Shown here piece after piece: positions 1 through 12,089 of a DNA stretch of 64,000 nucleotides. This DNA is from Camelus dromedarius (lineage: Eukaryota), in the NCBI RefSeq assembly GCF_036321535.1, contig NC_087436.1:111540001-111604000 (forward strand), given 5' to 3'. The notes beneath the pieces are model-generated. The model was not told the DNA's origin. It saw nothing but the letters and a program-made list of their open reading frames with translations, and made no database searches. The stretch's first letter is position 1. Every line of letters starts with the position of its first letter. A program made the translations under genes and the position numbers.

Positions 1-1519
1 CCCTCTTTACCTCTCTGGACCTCTTATTCCTGTAAAATGAGGTGGTTGGGCCAGGCGACATTTAACGGTCCTTCCAACTTCCCAGTTTTTAAATTCTACG
101 AGGATGTGAGAGTAGAATTTCTTTTTTGTTTCTTTTCTGCAGAAAAAAAAAATTACCATCATTTTAAGTTGGCCACTTGGGGTCGCTAGTGATCCGAGAC
201 TGGTTTGTGAAGGACTAAAATGTATGGCATTTCAGCTAATGGATTCGGGTGGTTTACAGAATTTTCTTTTTGTCTCTTCCTTTAGCTCCAAGATTTATCC
301 GAAGGCATGATCACATCATTAATGTTGAGTGGACCATAAGCATATGCCAGAGACAGTGTTCTGAGCCAGGCCAGGCCATTCCAAGGCCCACCCCAAAAGA
401 AAGGAAAAAGAAAAGAAACAATAATCCTGGGGCTCAATTGACTTTTCTTTTGCCTCCAGCCAAAGAAGTTGCATATTGTGGCCTTGAAAATCTTGTCTTT
501 AAAAGTAAGTCTTGCAAAGTGAACCGGTGTGGCATAAAACATGCCTTGGATGGTGGAGTAAACCTTTGTCTCAGAGAATCAGGAGTTACTGAAGGCAGAC
601 GTGGGGGAAAATTCCCACAGAAGAGCTGATGCGTGTCTCTGGTGGCAATTTTCCTGGTGGGCTTGACTACTGGTTTAGGTGGAGGAGGGGCAGTCTTGGA
701 GGTCCCTGAAGAAGTCAGGGAGGGATCGCTGAACAAGAAGTAAATAAAATAAAATAAAAATCTGAAAAGCTCAGTGTCTGCTCACACTGGGGAGAGGGTC
801 CCAGCAGCTTGTTCAGCACGGGCCAGACCTTTCTGTGGAAAGTTGGCTGAACCTTGCCCTCTGGGCATAAGGAAAAGCATCTCTCCGGCCAGAACTGCTG
901 TATAAACATCCTTTTCCTCCAGGATCCCGTGGCTTGCGGTTCCCGTGGAGTGCAAGGAAAGTATCCTAATGGAGATAGACTTCAAACCCCTGCTGTCCCT
1001 TTTCAGATTATAAATTACTGTTAATTCTGTTTAGACTCCCCCCTTTCCTCTCTTAATAGTTAGAGAAACAGTAATTGACAAGAAAATCAAGCCACCCCCC
1101 CAGGGGTGTGTGGCAACCCTGCTCTGCTGGCTGAGAAGCAGCCAAGTGTTTGCTCATCTGGCACTTCCCTGCGACAAAAGTTAAATATTTATGTACTACA
1201 GGTGTCCTTCCTCGCCTCCTGCCACACCCTTTGGTGGTTTTGCTGTTAGGGAGCAGCGCAAAATCTTCAATTTCTATTTATCGGGAAAGGGAAAGGTTTG
1301 TTGGGGTTTTGTTTGTTTGTTTGTTTGTTTGTTTTGCTTTCTTTTCCTCCTCCAAATCCGGGAGGCTACAAAAGCCAGCACTGTGGGCTGTGAGGCCTGG
1401 GCTGAAAAGCTGTTGAGGACACCCCAGGATCTGTGTGGCTTCCCCTCATTCAAGCATCGTCTTGTTTTGGTCTCTGCAGCCCCCAGGGGCGTTTCCTAAG
1501 CCAGCCCTTGCCTGAGGAG

Positions 1520-1730
1520 TATGCCCGAGCTTGCAGTTGGTCAGGTCTGGGTTTGAGTTCTAGGTCAACCCACTTTTTTAGCTGTTGACTCAATCTCTCA
1601 GAGTCTCAGTGCCCTCATGCGTAAAATGGAGATAATAATAATAATACGTTCCTAAGAGGATGGTTGGGGAGATTAAAGAGTGTATCAAAAGTGACTGAGG
1701 TCTTGTGAGGCTCTGAACAATGCCAATGTT
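1520..1730 (+). mobile_element. MIR SINE
   Basis: ctgggtttgagttcta...tctcagtgccctcatgcgtaaaatggagataataata...gttggggagattaaa. Confidence 0.8.
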
Positions 1731-1739
1731 TTTCCTTCA

Positions 1740-2168
1740 CGATGGGAGCTATCAGCTACCTGTGTCTGCTGAGCACTTGAAGAAGGACTACTTGCAGCTG
1801 AGAAGGCTTAGAAGTGAAAATACATACTGGTTTTCAAATCCCTAATACAGAAAAAAGAATTTAAAATATCTCACAAATAATGTTTTATACTGATCACATG
1901 TTGAAATGATAGTCATGAGTTAAATAAATACATTAAAAAATGGAAATATAGTTGATTTACAATGCTGTGTTAGTTTCTGGCATACAGCATAGTTATACAT
2001 ATATTCAGTTATACATATATATATTCTTCATTATAGGCTATTACAAGATTGAAAGCAAATTTCACCTGTTTCTTTTTATTTTTTAAAAAATGTGGCTGTT
2101 AGAAAATTTTAAATTATGCATGTGGCTCAGACTGGGGGCTCACATTATATTTCCATCAGACTGCCCTG
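1740..2168. mobile_element. MER33-like hAT-Charlie element interrupted by L1
   Basis: gagcacttgaa...gtgaaaatacatactggttttcaaa...aaaatgtggctgttagaaaattttaaattatgcatgtggctc resembles the MER33/MER3 consensus. Confidence 0.7.
1935..2052 (-). mobile_element. Short young L1 3' end nested in a MER33-like element
   Basis: atatagttgatttacaatgctgtgttagtttctggcatacagcatag matches the other L1 3' ends in the window. Confidence 0.8.
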
Positions 2169-2769
2169 CTCCAGTCCTGCCTTCACCCGTCCCTCTATTC
2201 AAATTCATTCCTTCCTTTCAAGCCTGGCACAAGCTTTAGTGTCTTCATGAGACAGTAAAGTCCATTTCTTCCTGCTCTGAAATCTCCTGGAGGCTTTATC
2301 ATTGGAGAAAGTCACAACACGGATGTTCGTAAGCTGAATTCAAGTAGGAAAAGCATGTTAACGTGTTCAGCCCAGTGACTGGCAAATGACAAACACGTAG
2401 ATATTATGACCCTATTTTTCTTGTTATCATTGGAGTCTGGCTACTAGTTCAGTGCTGGTTGTATGCTGTCTCAGATTCTTCTTCAATTCCTTCTTCTGCA
2501 TTTAGTCTTGTTGAATATGATGTCTTTGAGGACAGAGACCACATCACCTGTTTCTCTTGGGTCTGTCCTTAACCCACAGGGCAGGGATAGTCACAGTGAA
2601 TTCCCCCTATGGTCACTCATGACAAAGGTGGAGTCTGCTGACCGACTGACTTGGCATCTTAGGGTCATTGCCATTTCTCCTTCACTCCACAGATATTGTT
2701 CTTCTTGGAATGCTCTCTCCACTTTCCTGTCTTCACCGAGTGAACTCTTTTGCATCTTGAAAAACGTTA

Positions 2770-2995
2770 ATAGTGATCAGTACATGGAGCACTCACTGTG
2801 TGCTCACCCTGTTCTAAATGGTTTGTGTGTATTAACCGATTTAACCCTTACAGCTACCTTATAAGGTGAGTATTATCATCAGTCTCATTTCACAGATGAG
2901 GAAACTGAGGCACAGAGAGATTAAGTAACTCATCCATTCACACAGCTAGTAAGTGCTGGGGCGGTACTCAAACCCAGGAATCTGGTCTTACAGCC
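2770..2995 (-). mobile_element. MIR SINE
   Basis: MIR core ctcatttcacagatgaggaaactgaggcacagagagattaagtaact...cacagctagtaagtg. Confidence 0.9.
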
Positions 2996-3279
2996 TTGGT
3001 GCTCTGAATCTCCAGCCGCAATGTCACCTTCACCAGGAGCTCTTCTCGAGCAATATTCAACGTACATCCCCTTTTATTGCCTTCACATTCATGCCTTTGT
3101 CATAGCCCTTACAACCATGATTGGAATCCCTGGTTTACCTGTCAGTTCCTCTCACTGGCCTGAAATCTCCCCAAGAACCTCACCACCTGCTGCCCAGCGA
3201 GCCCTTGGTGAATGCCCCATGGAAGAGAGAGATGGTTTCAGGCTGCTGGTGACAGATTCTGCAAGGATCCAAAGAGACG

Positions 3280-3634
3280 GGTCGAACAGAAGATTTTCCT
3301 CTTCCATGTCATCATACTATTTTTTAAAAATTCAGTTTATAAACATCTTTAACCATCTTGTTTGTTTTTGTTTCCTTAATTAAAAAAAAAATCTTTCCTT
3401 CTCCGAAGAATGAAGGTGGAGAATTTATCCATCCCATTCACTGTTCTATTCCAGTGCGGTCGAACAGAAGATTTTCCTCTTCCATGTCATCATACTATTT
3501 TTTAAAAATTCAGTTTATAAACATCTTTAACCATCTTGTTTGTTTTTGTTTCCTTAATTAAAAAAAAATCTTTCCTTCTCTGAAGAATGAAGGTGGAGAA
3601 TTTATCCATCCCATTCACTGTTCTATTCCAGTGC
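3280..3634. repeat. Tandem duplication, 178 bp + 177 bp
   Basis: Copies 3280-3457 and 3458-3634 differ only by A10 vs A9 and one CG>TG change. Confidence 0.97.
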
Positions 3635-6150
3635 CTGGCACAGAACATATATTCAGTAAATATTTGTTGAGTGAATAAATGAATGAATTAATTCATTGAG
3701 TGTCTATGCTCTGTGCCAGGCATGGTGTAAATGCCATGGCAGTTGCCTTCACAGAGTTTTTAAGTTTATGGTGTGATGATGGTGGTTGGGAAGATGGGGC
3801 TGGAGGCGATAATAAGGTAGAGGTAGAGAAAGAACAGGGTGTTTGGAGAACAAAAAGGAAAAGATTTAGTGTGAGGGGTGGGGAGAGTCCAGAAATGGTA
3901 TCTGCAGGAAGGGACAACTGAGAAGAGACCCAAGACGTAAAGGGGAGGTGATCAAGCTGAAAAGTAAGGAAGGTGATGAATGATGGAGGAGATGGGAGGT
4001 GATTCCAGGCAGGGGAAGGAGATGTGGGAAAAGGATGGCAGTTCGGTTATTTACAAGTCTGTTGGGTGCAAAGAGTCGAAGGAAGAGCCATGAGAAATGA
4101 ATCATGACACCTCGTTGTCCAAGCTCTGCCAATGTTGTACCTTCCCTTCCCAGATTCCCTTCTCTACCTCCAGCCGCCTTTGTCATCCTTTTCATCTTTG
4201 TTTCTTTCTGCCTTGAAGAGGTTCAGTAGAATGGTTTCATCAGACAAAGTTTGCATCGCTTCACTTGTTCAGGAACCTGCAGCACTCCCAGCTGCCTGTC
4301 ATCGTCATTCCTTGCAGTTATCTCGTGATCTAGCCTTGTCGATCTATTTTTGCATGAGTTATCATTTGATGCTCACAATAACTACCTGAGCTCTCTCGAT
4401 TCTTAGCCTAGACCTAAAATTCGTCTCTTATCAGTCCCTTACCCCCATCCTATCATGATTCTCATCATTATATTATTCTCTTGCTCATCCCTACATAGAT
4501 ACTTGGTTTGCCAATGAATTTGCATCTTTGTCTCTATGTATATCATTTAAGAATCTCCCAAGTCAAAAGTACACTACCCGATGAAAACTTAGAGGGTGGT
4601 AAGAGGTAATATTTATACTCGGATCTGTTCTGGGCTATCTAGGGTATGTGCTCTTAGACTTTGTATTTTGTATATTTCCTTTATTGTTGAAACTGTCTAT
4701 TATGTCTTTGGAAAGATTGTGCTGTTTAGAAATTTCTTCTCATAGTGAGTTTTGATGTGTCTAGCTGTAGAGTCCATCCCTTGGTCCTGGTTCTACAGTT
4801 GGTCCAGGGGGGACAGAATAACAGGGTAATTAAGTGCATCAGCAGGATGTTTTCTTCAAGGAGCCATGACTTTCCCTACATTGTTAAAACAACATCATAA
4901 TAGTGCTGATAGTTATAAGAAATAGGTGGTGGTAGCTGTCTTCTTGCAAGGAGGAGGGGTGCAAGCACAAATGGCATTATGTCCAGGGCATATCCAGATG
5001 TGGTCCAGGCTTCTCTCTGGATAATGGCCCTGACCAGGAACTTGCTTCTCACCTGGGAGCCTTTGTCGACATCCAGTGGTGAGGCCAACAGCACATCCAC
5101 CAGTATCAAAAGGTTATTTTTTGATGAAAACACAGTGGAGAGGCAGAGGAATTGGAACCAATGTCACCAAGAGAATTGGGAGGAGCATGCCTGAATCATA
5201 TAACTCCCTTCCACTCCCATCCCCAAGTGTCACAATTGGGGATCTCTTGGAAAGAAAAAAGGCAGCTGGGGTGTGACAGTCAGATTTAGGGAGGGTCTCC
5301 TGGAGGGGAAATTTGGGGGAGCTCAGTGGCCTAAGAGACAGTGTCACACAGCTATCCAGACTCCTCAAGGTATGACTTGAGTGCAGTAAGAAGATTTTAC
5401 TGAGCTCTGAACCCCGCACTCGGGTACCCTACCATTTTAGAACACAAAGTGAGGAAATGAGTGGAGAAGAGAATGGAATTTCCCTCCCTTTCCCAGCAGA
5501 ACAGAGATCTCAAAGCACCTAAACTGAAACAAATGAGTTCATTACATTTCCTTTAAACTCTATTTACACTTGCTTCAGTCAGAATTTAAGCAATCCCATC
5601 TCCTTGGACCCTTTGCTGTGGAAGGAATCCGAATGCAAGATAACTGACTTGTGGGGCTTTAGCCAGAGGAAGGGAATCTGGGCCACCCGACCCGGATGCT
5701 GTCATCTTAGTCGTTAAAAAATTATATTCCGATTCCCTATTCCATTCGGCTGTTGGGCAAAACAAACACATAATTAAGAACTTCACCTTTGACCATTTGG
5801 CTCTCTTTTATTTTTCCTTTTAACACAAATAGGAAATTTCCATTTTCATAGAGTGCTATCAGGATACCCTGCTACATCGAATCAACTGGTAGGCTTTGAA
5901 AATAAGCATAACGAACCATACAAAAATAAGAAAATCCACTTTTAGGGTTTTCGATTCATGCCATTTAATTGTTCGTCTATTTCCATGATAAGGTGAGCTG
6001 GGTCCTGTGCCACCGGAGGGACTGTATCCTGCTGTTTTTTTCCCGTCCTCATTTACAATGATTATGTTATCAGGCTAGCCAGGCAAAAGGGTGGAGCAGC
6101 TATAATTTCAAAGCAGGATTAGGTTGAAATAACGAGGTCACCAAGTTGTG

Positions 6151-6168
6151 GTTACCAAGGCAACGTCA
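6151..6168. promoter_or_regulatory. Candidate RFX X-box with overlapping CRE half-site
   Basis: GTTACCAAGGCAAC fits GTTRCC-N(0-3)-RGYAAC; ACGTCA overlaps its 3' end; lies in repeat-poor sequence. Motif match only. Confidence 0.4.
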
Positions 6169-7559
6169 CATCTAAGAATATGGGATGCTTCTAGGAGATG
6201 AGGCAAAGCCTGGAGCCTTTTTCCCCTCTTTGCACAAAAAATCACTCACTTCCTAGATAAAAATTGCGTATTAATTGCTTTTAAACACATCTATGCTTTA
6301 TTTTTAGGAAACAATTTTTAAAAGAGAAGCTTGATTTAACATTTTAATTTTTATTATTTTTATTTTCTAACCAGTAATGAACATCGGGGTAATTGATTGG
6401 ATCATTGTTTTCTGCTCCCTTTTGGAGTTCATGTTTACTTTCTCACAGTTTTTTCCTTTCTTTCTTCCTTTTCCCTCTCCCTCCTTCCTTCCCTCCCTTT
6501 CTTTCTCTTTTAATATTGCAGAGAAAAGACAAACAAAAATAGAAAACTGAGAGCTGGGTGCTCTGATCAGATTCTGAGATGACAAAATTGTGATGGGTGA
6601 CGAAAGCTGTAACTTACGCCCAGAAAAGTAATCATTCCACCCCTGCCCCGCTCCCCCGGCCCCTTGAGAAGTACTGAACTCAAGGGAGAGTAATCATGGT
6701 CTTCATAGTCTTTTCTTAAAATTTCAGTCCATCTTTAAAATTGTGGGCTATGGAGGCAAAACAGCCAAGGAGAAGATCTGGCCGTCTGTGCTTCTGATCA
6801 ATATGAGCTATTGGTCTGAACAATTCCCACCAATTAATCTCTTTTTCCTCTGAATTCATTTCTGTTGTCTGAGTTTTCAGATAATGGCTTCAAGTTTCTT
6901 CCTCTTACGAAAAAAAATCAGGCTTATTTTAATATGGGCTAGTGTTTGTGAAGCACAGATTTTACTTGTCTCCTTTTTTTTTTTTTTAAAAAAAACAAGA
7001 GCATTTCTGCCCTAGTGTTGAATCAATGGACATGGTGCGGTGTGATTGGAACCATCAGATTCCCTCACGTTACAACATGACTGCCCTTTAGGACATGTTA
7101 GCTGTTCACCTTTTGCCCTGGCTGTGCATAAGGAATAGGAAGTGTGCTCGCAAATGGAACCTGTTAGTGCGCTGACGTTTCCAACTCCTCGAAACCCACG
7201 TGAAAGGATTTCCATTGCCTTCATCAAGTCCTCAGATTTGAGCCTGGGGTGATGGAAAGCTTATGGATTCCAGAGCCAGCCTGATCCAGGTTTGAAATGT
7301 TGCTGTGTGATCGTGGACAGGTGAAGTCAGCTCTCTGACTTTCTTCACAGGGCTGGGTGAACACTGAACGAGATGACATGGAAGCAGCTCTTTGCTCAAT
7401 GTCTGACACCTGTAGGACCTCACCATAAACCTTATGTTTCAAAAACAGTAAAGACGTCTATGAAGTTCATCTCTACCCTCCTGGTCTTCCTCCCTCTCTC
7501 TTTACCCTTATCATCTTCAGAAGTTCTCCTAAAATATAAATCAGATTATATCATTTTCC

Positions 7560-8012
7560 TGTTACACTAGGATGAACGGTGTCCTCCCAAAATTCACGTC
7601 CACGTGGAATCTGTGACTATGACCTTATTTGGAGATAGGGGTGTAATCAAACTAAGATAAAATCATCCTGGATCAGGGTGAGCCTTAAATCCAGTGTGAC
7701 CAGTGTCCTTGTAAGAAGAGGGACATCTGGGCACAGAGACACAGATGTACAAAGGAAGGCCAGATGGTGACAGAAGTAGAGATGGGGGTAATGTGTCTAC
7801 AAGACAAGGGACCCCAAAGATTGCTGGTAACCACTGAGAGTTAGGAAGAGGCTGGGAAGGATCTTCCCTTAGAGCATGCAGAGAGAGCATGGCTCCTTGG
7901 ACACCGGGGTTTCAGGCTTTTAGCCTCCAGAACTGTGCAGGAATAAATTTCTGTTGTTTTAAGCCACCCAGTTTGTGATAGTTTGTTATAGCAGCTGTAG
8001 GAAACTAATACA
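7560..8012 (+). mobile_element. MaLR solo LTR (MLT1A/B/C-like)
   Basis: gtgtcctcccaaaattcacgtcc...gaccttatttgga...gcctccagaactgtgcaggaataaatttctgttgttttaagccacccagtttgtg...ggaaactaataca. Confidence 0.92.
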
Positions 8013-8431
8013 CATGCCTAATATCCTGTCATTAGAGTGAGGTCTAGGATTCCTAACCTTGTCCAGTTCTCCCAGACCTGCTCCCTGATGGTCTTTCCAG
8101 CCTCATCACTCCCCATCCTTTCCTCTGAACTTAATATCCACCAGTCTCTCCAAGGAGAGCTATCTCTTACCTGGAGCTGTCTCTTAAAGACTATCAGCCC
8201 ATCTCTTCTTGGAGCAAGACTTACTCTCCCTGGTCACCTGGTAAACCACATATCTTATGGATATCAGCTTAAACATCCCTTCCTTAGAGGTTTTCCCTGA
8301 CACGGAGACCCTCCATAAGCCCCTCCAAATGTTCCCTCAGTGCTCGTCAACAAATGTCCAGTTACTTACACTGAAGGTTGTCTTTACAGCTAGAGCAGAA
8401 GCTCAAGGAGGTCTGATCTGTCTTTGTTCTT

Positions 8432-8751
8432 TTTTTTTTAATTGACGTACAGTCAGTTACAATGTGTCAATTTCTGGTGCATAGCACAATGTCCCAGTCA
8501 TGCATGTACATACATGTATTCATTCTCATGCTCTTTTTCATTAAAGGTGATTGCAAGATATTGAACATAGTTCCCTGTGCTCTACAGCAGAAACTTTTAA
8601 AAAATCTATTTTTATATATAGTGGCTAACATTTGTAAATCTCAAATTCTCAAATTTATCCCTTCCCACCCCCTTTCCCCAGTAACCATAAGATTGTTGAC
8701 TATGTCTGTGAGTCTGTTTCTGTTTTGTAGATGAGTTCATAGTGTCCTTTT
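8432..8751 (-). mobile_element. Young L1 3' end fused to U6
   Basis: Poly-T followed by aattgacgtacagtcagttacaatgtgtcaatttctggtg..., homologous to the 3' UTR of the L1 at 34966-36356; TSD ctgtctttgttctt at 8418-8431 and 8858-8871. Confidence 0.92.
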
Positions 8752-8857
8752 AAAATATGGAACACTTCATGAATCTGCATGTCATCCTTGCTCAGGGGCC
8801 ATGCTAATCTTCTCTGTATTGTTCCAATTTTAGTACGTGTGCTGCCGAAGCGAGCAC
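8752..8857 (-). pseudogene. RNU6: Full-length U6 snRNA retrocopy (5' part of a U6-L1 chimera)
   Basis: Reverse complement reads GTGCTCGCTTCGGCAGCAC...GAAGATTAGCATGGCCCCTG...CCATATTTT; about 8 differences from canonical U6 in 106 nt, 5 at CpG sites; fused to L1 and bounded by a TSD. Confidence 0.97.
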
Positions 8858-9149
8858 CTGTCTTTGTTCTTGCTGACAGCTACATCCCAGCCTGGGGCCT
8901 GGCCTAGTGCAAACCCACAGTTAGGATGAATTAAGTGATTCAGTGAATGAATGACTGAATAAACAACTGTTTGGCATGAGGTTAAAACTCTTAGGAAGGT
9001 TTGGTGAGATGTTGAAATGCTGCTGCTAGGGTTAGAGAGAAAGTAGTAGCTAATCTGCAACTTGAAGTATTGATTACCATGAACTAAAATTGATAGGGGT
9101 TTTGATTGTTTTCATGAAATATAGACCCAAAATTTTTTCTTCCCCACAT

Positions 9150-9655
9150 TTTATTGTCTACTTTCAAGTAAAAATTAATATATGTTCATGGTAAAAAATA
9201 AAAACATTTCAATGAAAAGTAAGATTTCCTTCCATCTTGAAAGCATATCTCCTACTGCCTTCCCCAGAAGAAACAATTGTTATGAGTTAAATAATAAGAA
9301 TAAATTATTTTAAGTTAAATAATAAATATTAAATAAAATAAAAAGTTATGAGTGAGATACTTTAAGCCTATAAAATGCACATTATACATAGTGTTCTGCA
9401 GTTTGCTTTATTTACTTAAACTGTATCTTAGAATTCATTCTGTATTGGCTCATGTAGTTGTATCTCATTCTTTTTTTTCTAATTGGCTGCAACTTATTTA
9501 ATTTATTGAACTAACCCCCAAATGTTGGAGATTTACGTAGTTTCCTGCCTTTTGATATTACAAACAATGCCATAATAAACCTTCTTGTACACAAATCTTT
9601 GTGGGAGTATAGATGTAGAATAAGTTTCTAAAGTTTCTAAAAGTGACATTGCTGT
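9150..9655 (-). mobile_element. Old L1ME-like 3' fragment
   Basis: gttctgcagtttgctttatttacttaa...tattacaaacaatgccataataaaccttcttgtacacaaatctttgtg...gtagaataagtttcta. Confidence 0.65.
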
Positions 9656-9719
9656 AACCTTGGAAACACAGGGGCAGACTAACTCAGCCACAGGTGTGTC
9701 AGGCCAAGTGATCAGTGGC

Positions 9720-10240
9720 AGAATCAGAATAATTTTGATTAAAAGAACTTTAATGTATTGACAAAGTGTAAATAGAGGGTGAAATGGCTATTTGGTGGAT
9801 TAGTACAGGTTAAATTTTTTTTTTTTTTGTCTCAGAGCTAATTTCTTTTTTTAACTTGGGTCAACAGACTCCAAAATATGGCACTTGGACAAATTCTGAA
9901 ATTATTATTATTATTTTTGCTTCTGTCAACCATATGGTAAATTATGATATTGGCTGGATTTCTAATGAAATGCATTAATGACAAGAATCAATTTAGGTAC
10001 CAAAAAAAGAAGTAATGGGCCAAAATAATTTTACATTTTAAAAAACCAAACACAAGCAAAATCTTACTTGAATGTCATTGTGAATTTATTATGCTAGTCA
10101 GGAGTATATATGTTAAGATGCTTTAAAATACAAGACTTTAACAGAATTAGAAAATTCACAGAACCAAGATTTTTGTAACATACACAACATGATTTTGAAG
10201 ACTTGAGATATTTATAGTCAGGGGAAGAGGGACTTATGAT
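9720..10240 (+). mobile_element. Ancient CR1/L3 LINE ORF2 C-terminal fragment, highly decayed
   Basis: Ordered remnants NLGQQTPKY (~9853), SVNHMVN (~9922), KCIN..KEVM (~9968), LLECHCEF (~10064), YKTLTELENSQ (~10129), YSQGKRDL (~10213) parallel CR1 HLGRNNP / LVDHKLN / GCINR..REVI / HLEYCVQF / YKKDxxxLERVQ / FSLEKRRL. Confidence 0.55.
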
Positions 10241-10607
10241 CTAAAAAATCAAGACATATTGCAGCCTTCTTAGAGATAGGGAAATAAAAAGTCTATATAA
10301 AAAATGGCTAGTATTAAGCACCGGGAGTGCTAGGAATTTAATTTAATCGTCGTTTACTAAGGACTTATGGTGTGTGTAGTTTTAAAGTCTATAAGAGGGA
10401 TGACTTTTAACCCAAAGGAACTAGAATTTGTAATCCAAGACAACCATTTCTAAGGACAATACTGCTTTATTCTTTAGAATTTCCCACTGGAAAAAAAATG
10501 GGAAAATGAATTGCTAGACATCAATTACCTTAAACATGTGTTTAACTTTTTATCCAGTCATTCCAGTTTTGGAAATTTATCCTAAAGGAGGCCATCTTAG
10601 GTGTACA

Positions 10608-10653
10608 TGAGAGAGAGAGGGAGAGAGGGAGAGAGACAGAGAGACAGAGAGAG
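10608..10653. repeat. Imperfect (GA)n repeat
   Basis: gagagagagagggagagagggagagagacagagagacagagagaga. Confidence 0.9.
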
Positions 10654-12089
10654 ATCTCTCAACCAGATGTGAGCTGGCTTCTCCTTGTCCTGCCCCGTGG
10701 AGATCAGGATAAAACTGGGTGATGTTCTGACTATCTGCCTCCTGCTTCCTTCTTTTCATGCAGCTTCTCTTTTTACATGTCAATCCAGACATGAAGTCCA
10801 GCTCCTAAATCAGTTCTGGGGTGGGAGTGGAAATCACCAAAAATATTACCTAAGAAGCAAGATTCATGGGGACAGGTGCGCCATCAACCATGTTCTGTTC
10901 TCCAGGGTTGGTTGAGTCCCCCTGTGATCAGGGCCCTCCCCTGGTGTACTCAGTGCCCACCATCCCATCTGCCTTCTCTCTCTCTCTTTCTGCTCCCCCA
11001 TTCTGCCTCTTCTGCCCACTGCCAATTAGTTTTAAAGCACTGAAACACTGGGCTTGTTTGTTAACATAGCGCATCCTGACTTATTCTGACACAATGTGGG
11101 TTGAATTCTTGCTGTACCCTGGGAAATTAGGAAGAGCTTTGCACTTGCTGTCTCACTTAATTTTCATAGCAACTTCATGAAATAAATATGGTTATTGTCT
11201 TTATTTTTACGTGAAGAAATTGAGACAGAGAGCAAGTAACTTGCCCAAGGCAACAAGTTAGTGAAAAAGTTGAGATTCAGGACCAGGAAATCTGGCTCAG
11301 CTAAGCTGCCACTTTCTAATGGACATCATGCAAGGTCTTTTTTATTTTAATTTTTTAGTGAAGTTCATGCCACAACACAATTTCAAATTTAGTTCACTCT
11401 GTCCATCCATAGTCTGTAAGTTCCTTGAAGCCTTGAATATAACTTCTAGTACTTTGTAGGCACACAGAATATGTGAAGAATGATTGAAATCACTGTGGCA
11501 AGTGAGTAGATAAAAATGAATACATCTTAACTAGGGATTACCTACAAAACACAGTTTTCCAGCCTTGAACAGTGGTTAGCCGAGCATTTGTTGATGTGTC
11601 ATCTGTGAGCATCTTCTAAATATGCAAGGTCTTTAGAGGTGAAAGAAGAAGAAAGAAGCATAGTGCTGGCCTTTTGGAGATAGTCCCAATTTATTTGGAA
11701 AGAGCAAGGCACATATTTGTGAAAACTTAACTGACAAAATTAGGCACAAGGCTTATATAAATATCAAAGGAAAGGCACTGTCAACATGCACTTTGACAGC
11801 AGGGTTCAGAGGAGGGAGAGATAACTATGAGATCTGGGAATAGAAGGAAGCCTCCTGCAGATGCGAACTGACCTTTGCCTTGAAGGAAAGTGGGAGCTTG
11901 GAGAGGATTTGAATGGGCAAAAATTTTAGTTGAAGTTCTCTAGAAATATAAGTTCCAAGAGGGCATAGACTATATTTTTCACTCTCTCTGAATACTTGTC
12001 AAGCTTTCTAAACATTTTGGGAACTAAATAGGTCGTAAGAACCCACTACAGATGATATTTCCCATTTTCTTTATTGGACATGAATGCTT

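Noticed and set aside
3280..3634. CRISPR-like or satellite array
   Set aside because: Only two long copies with no spacers, in eukaryotic DNA.
4740..5445. Possible old LTR
   Set aside because: Only a compositional impression; no family motif or TSD I can substantiate.
8752..8857. Functional U6 gene
   Set aside because: Upstream sequence is an L2 remnant with no evident TATA/PSE; CpG decay; fused to L1 within a TSD.
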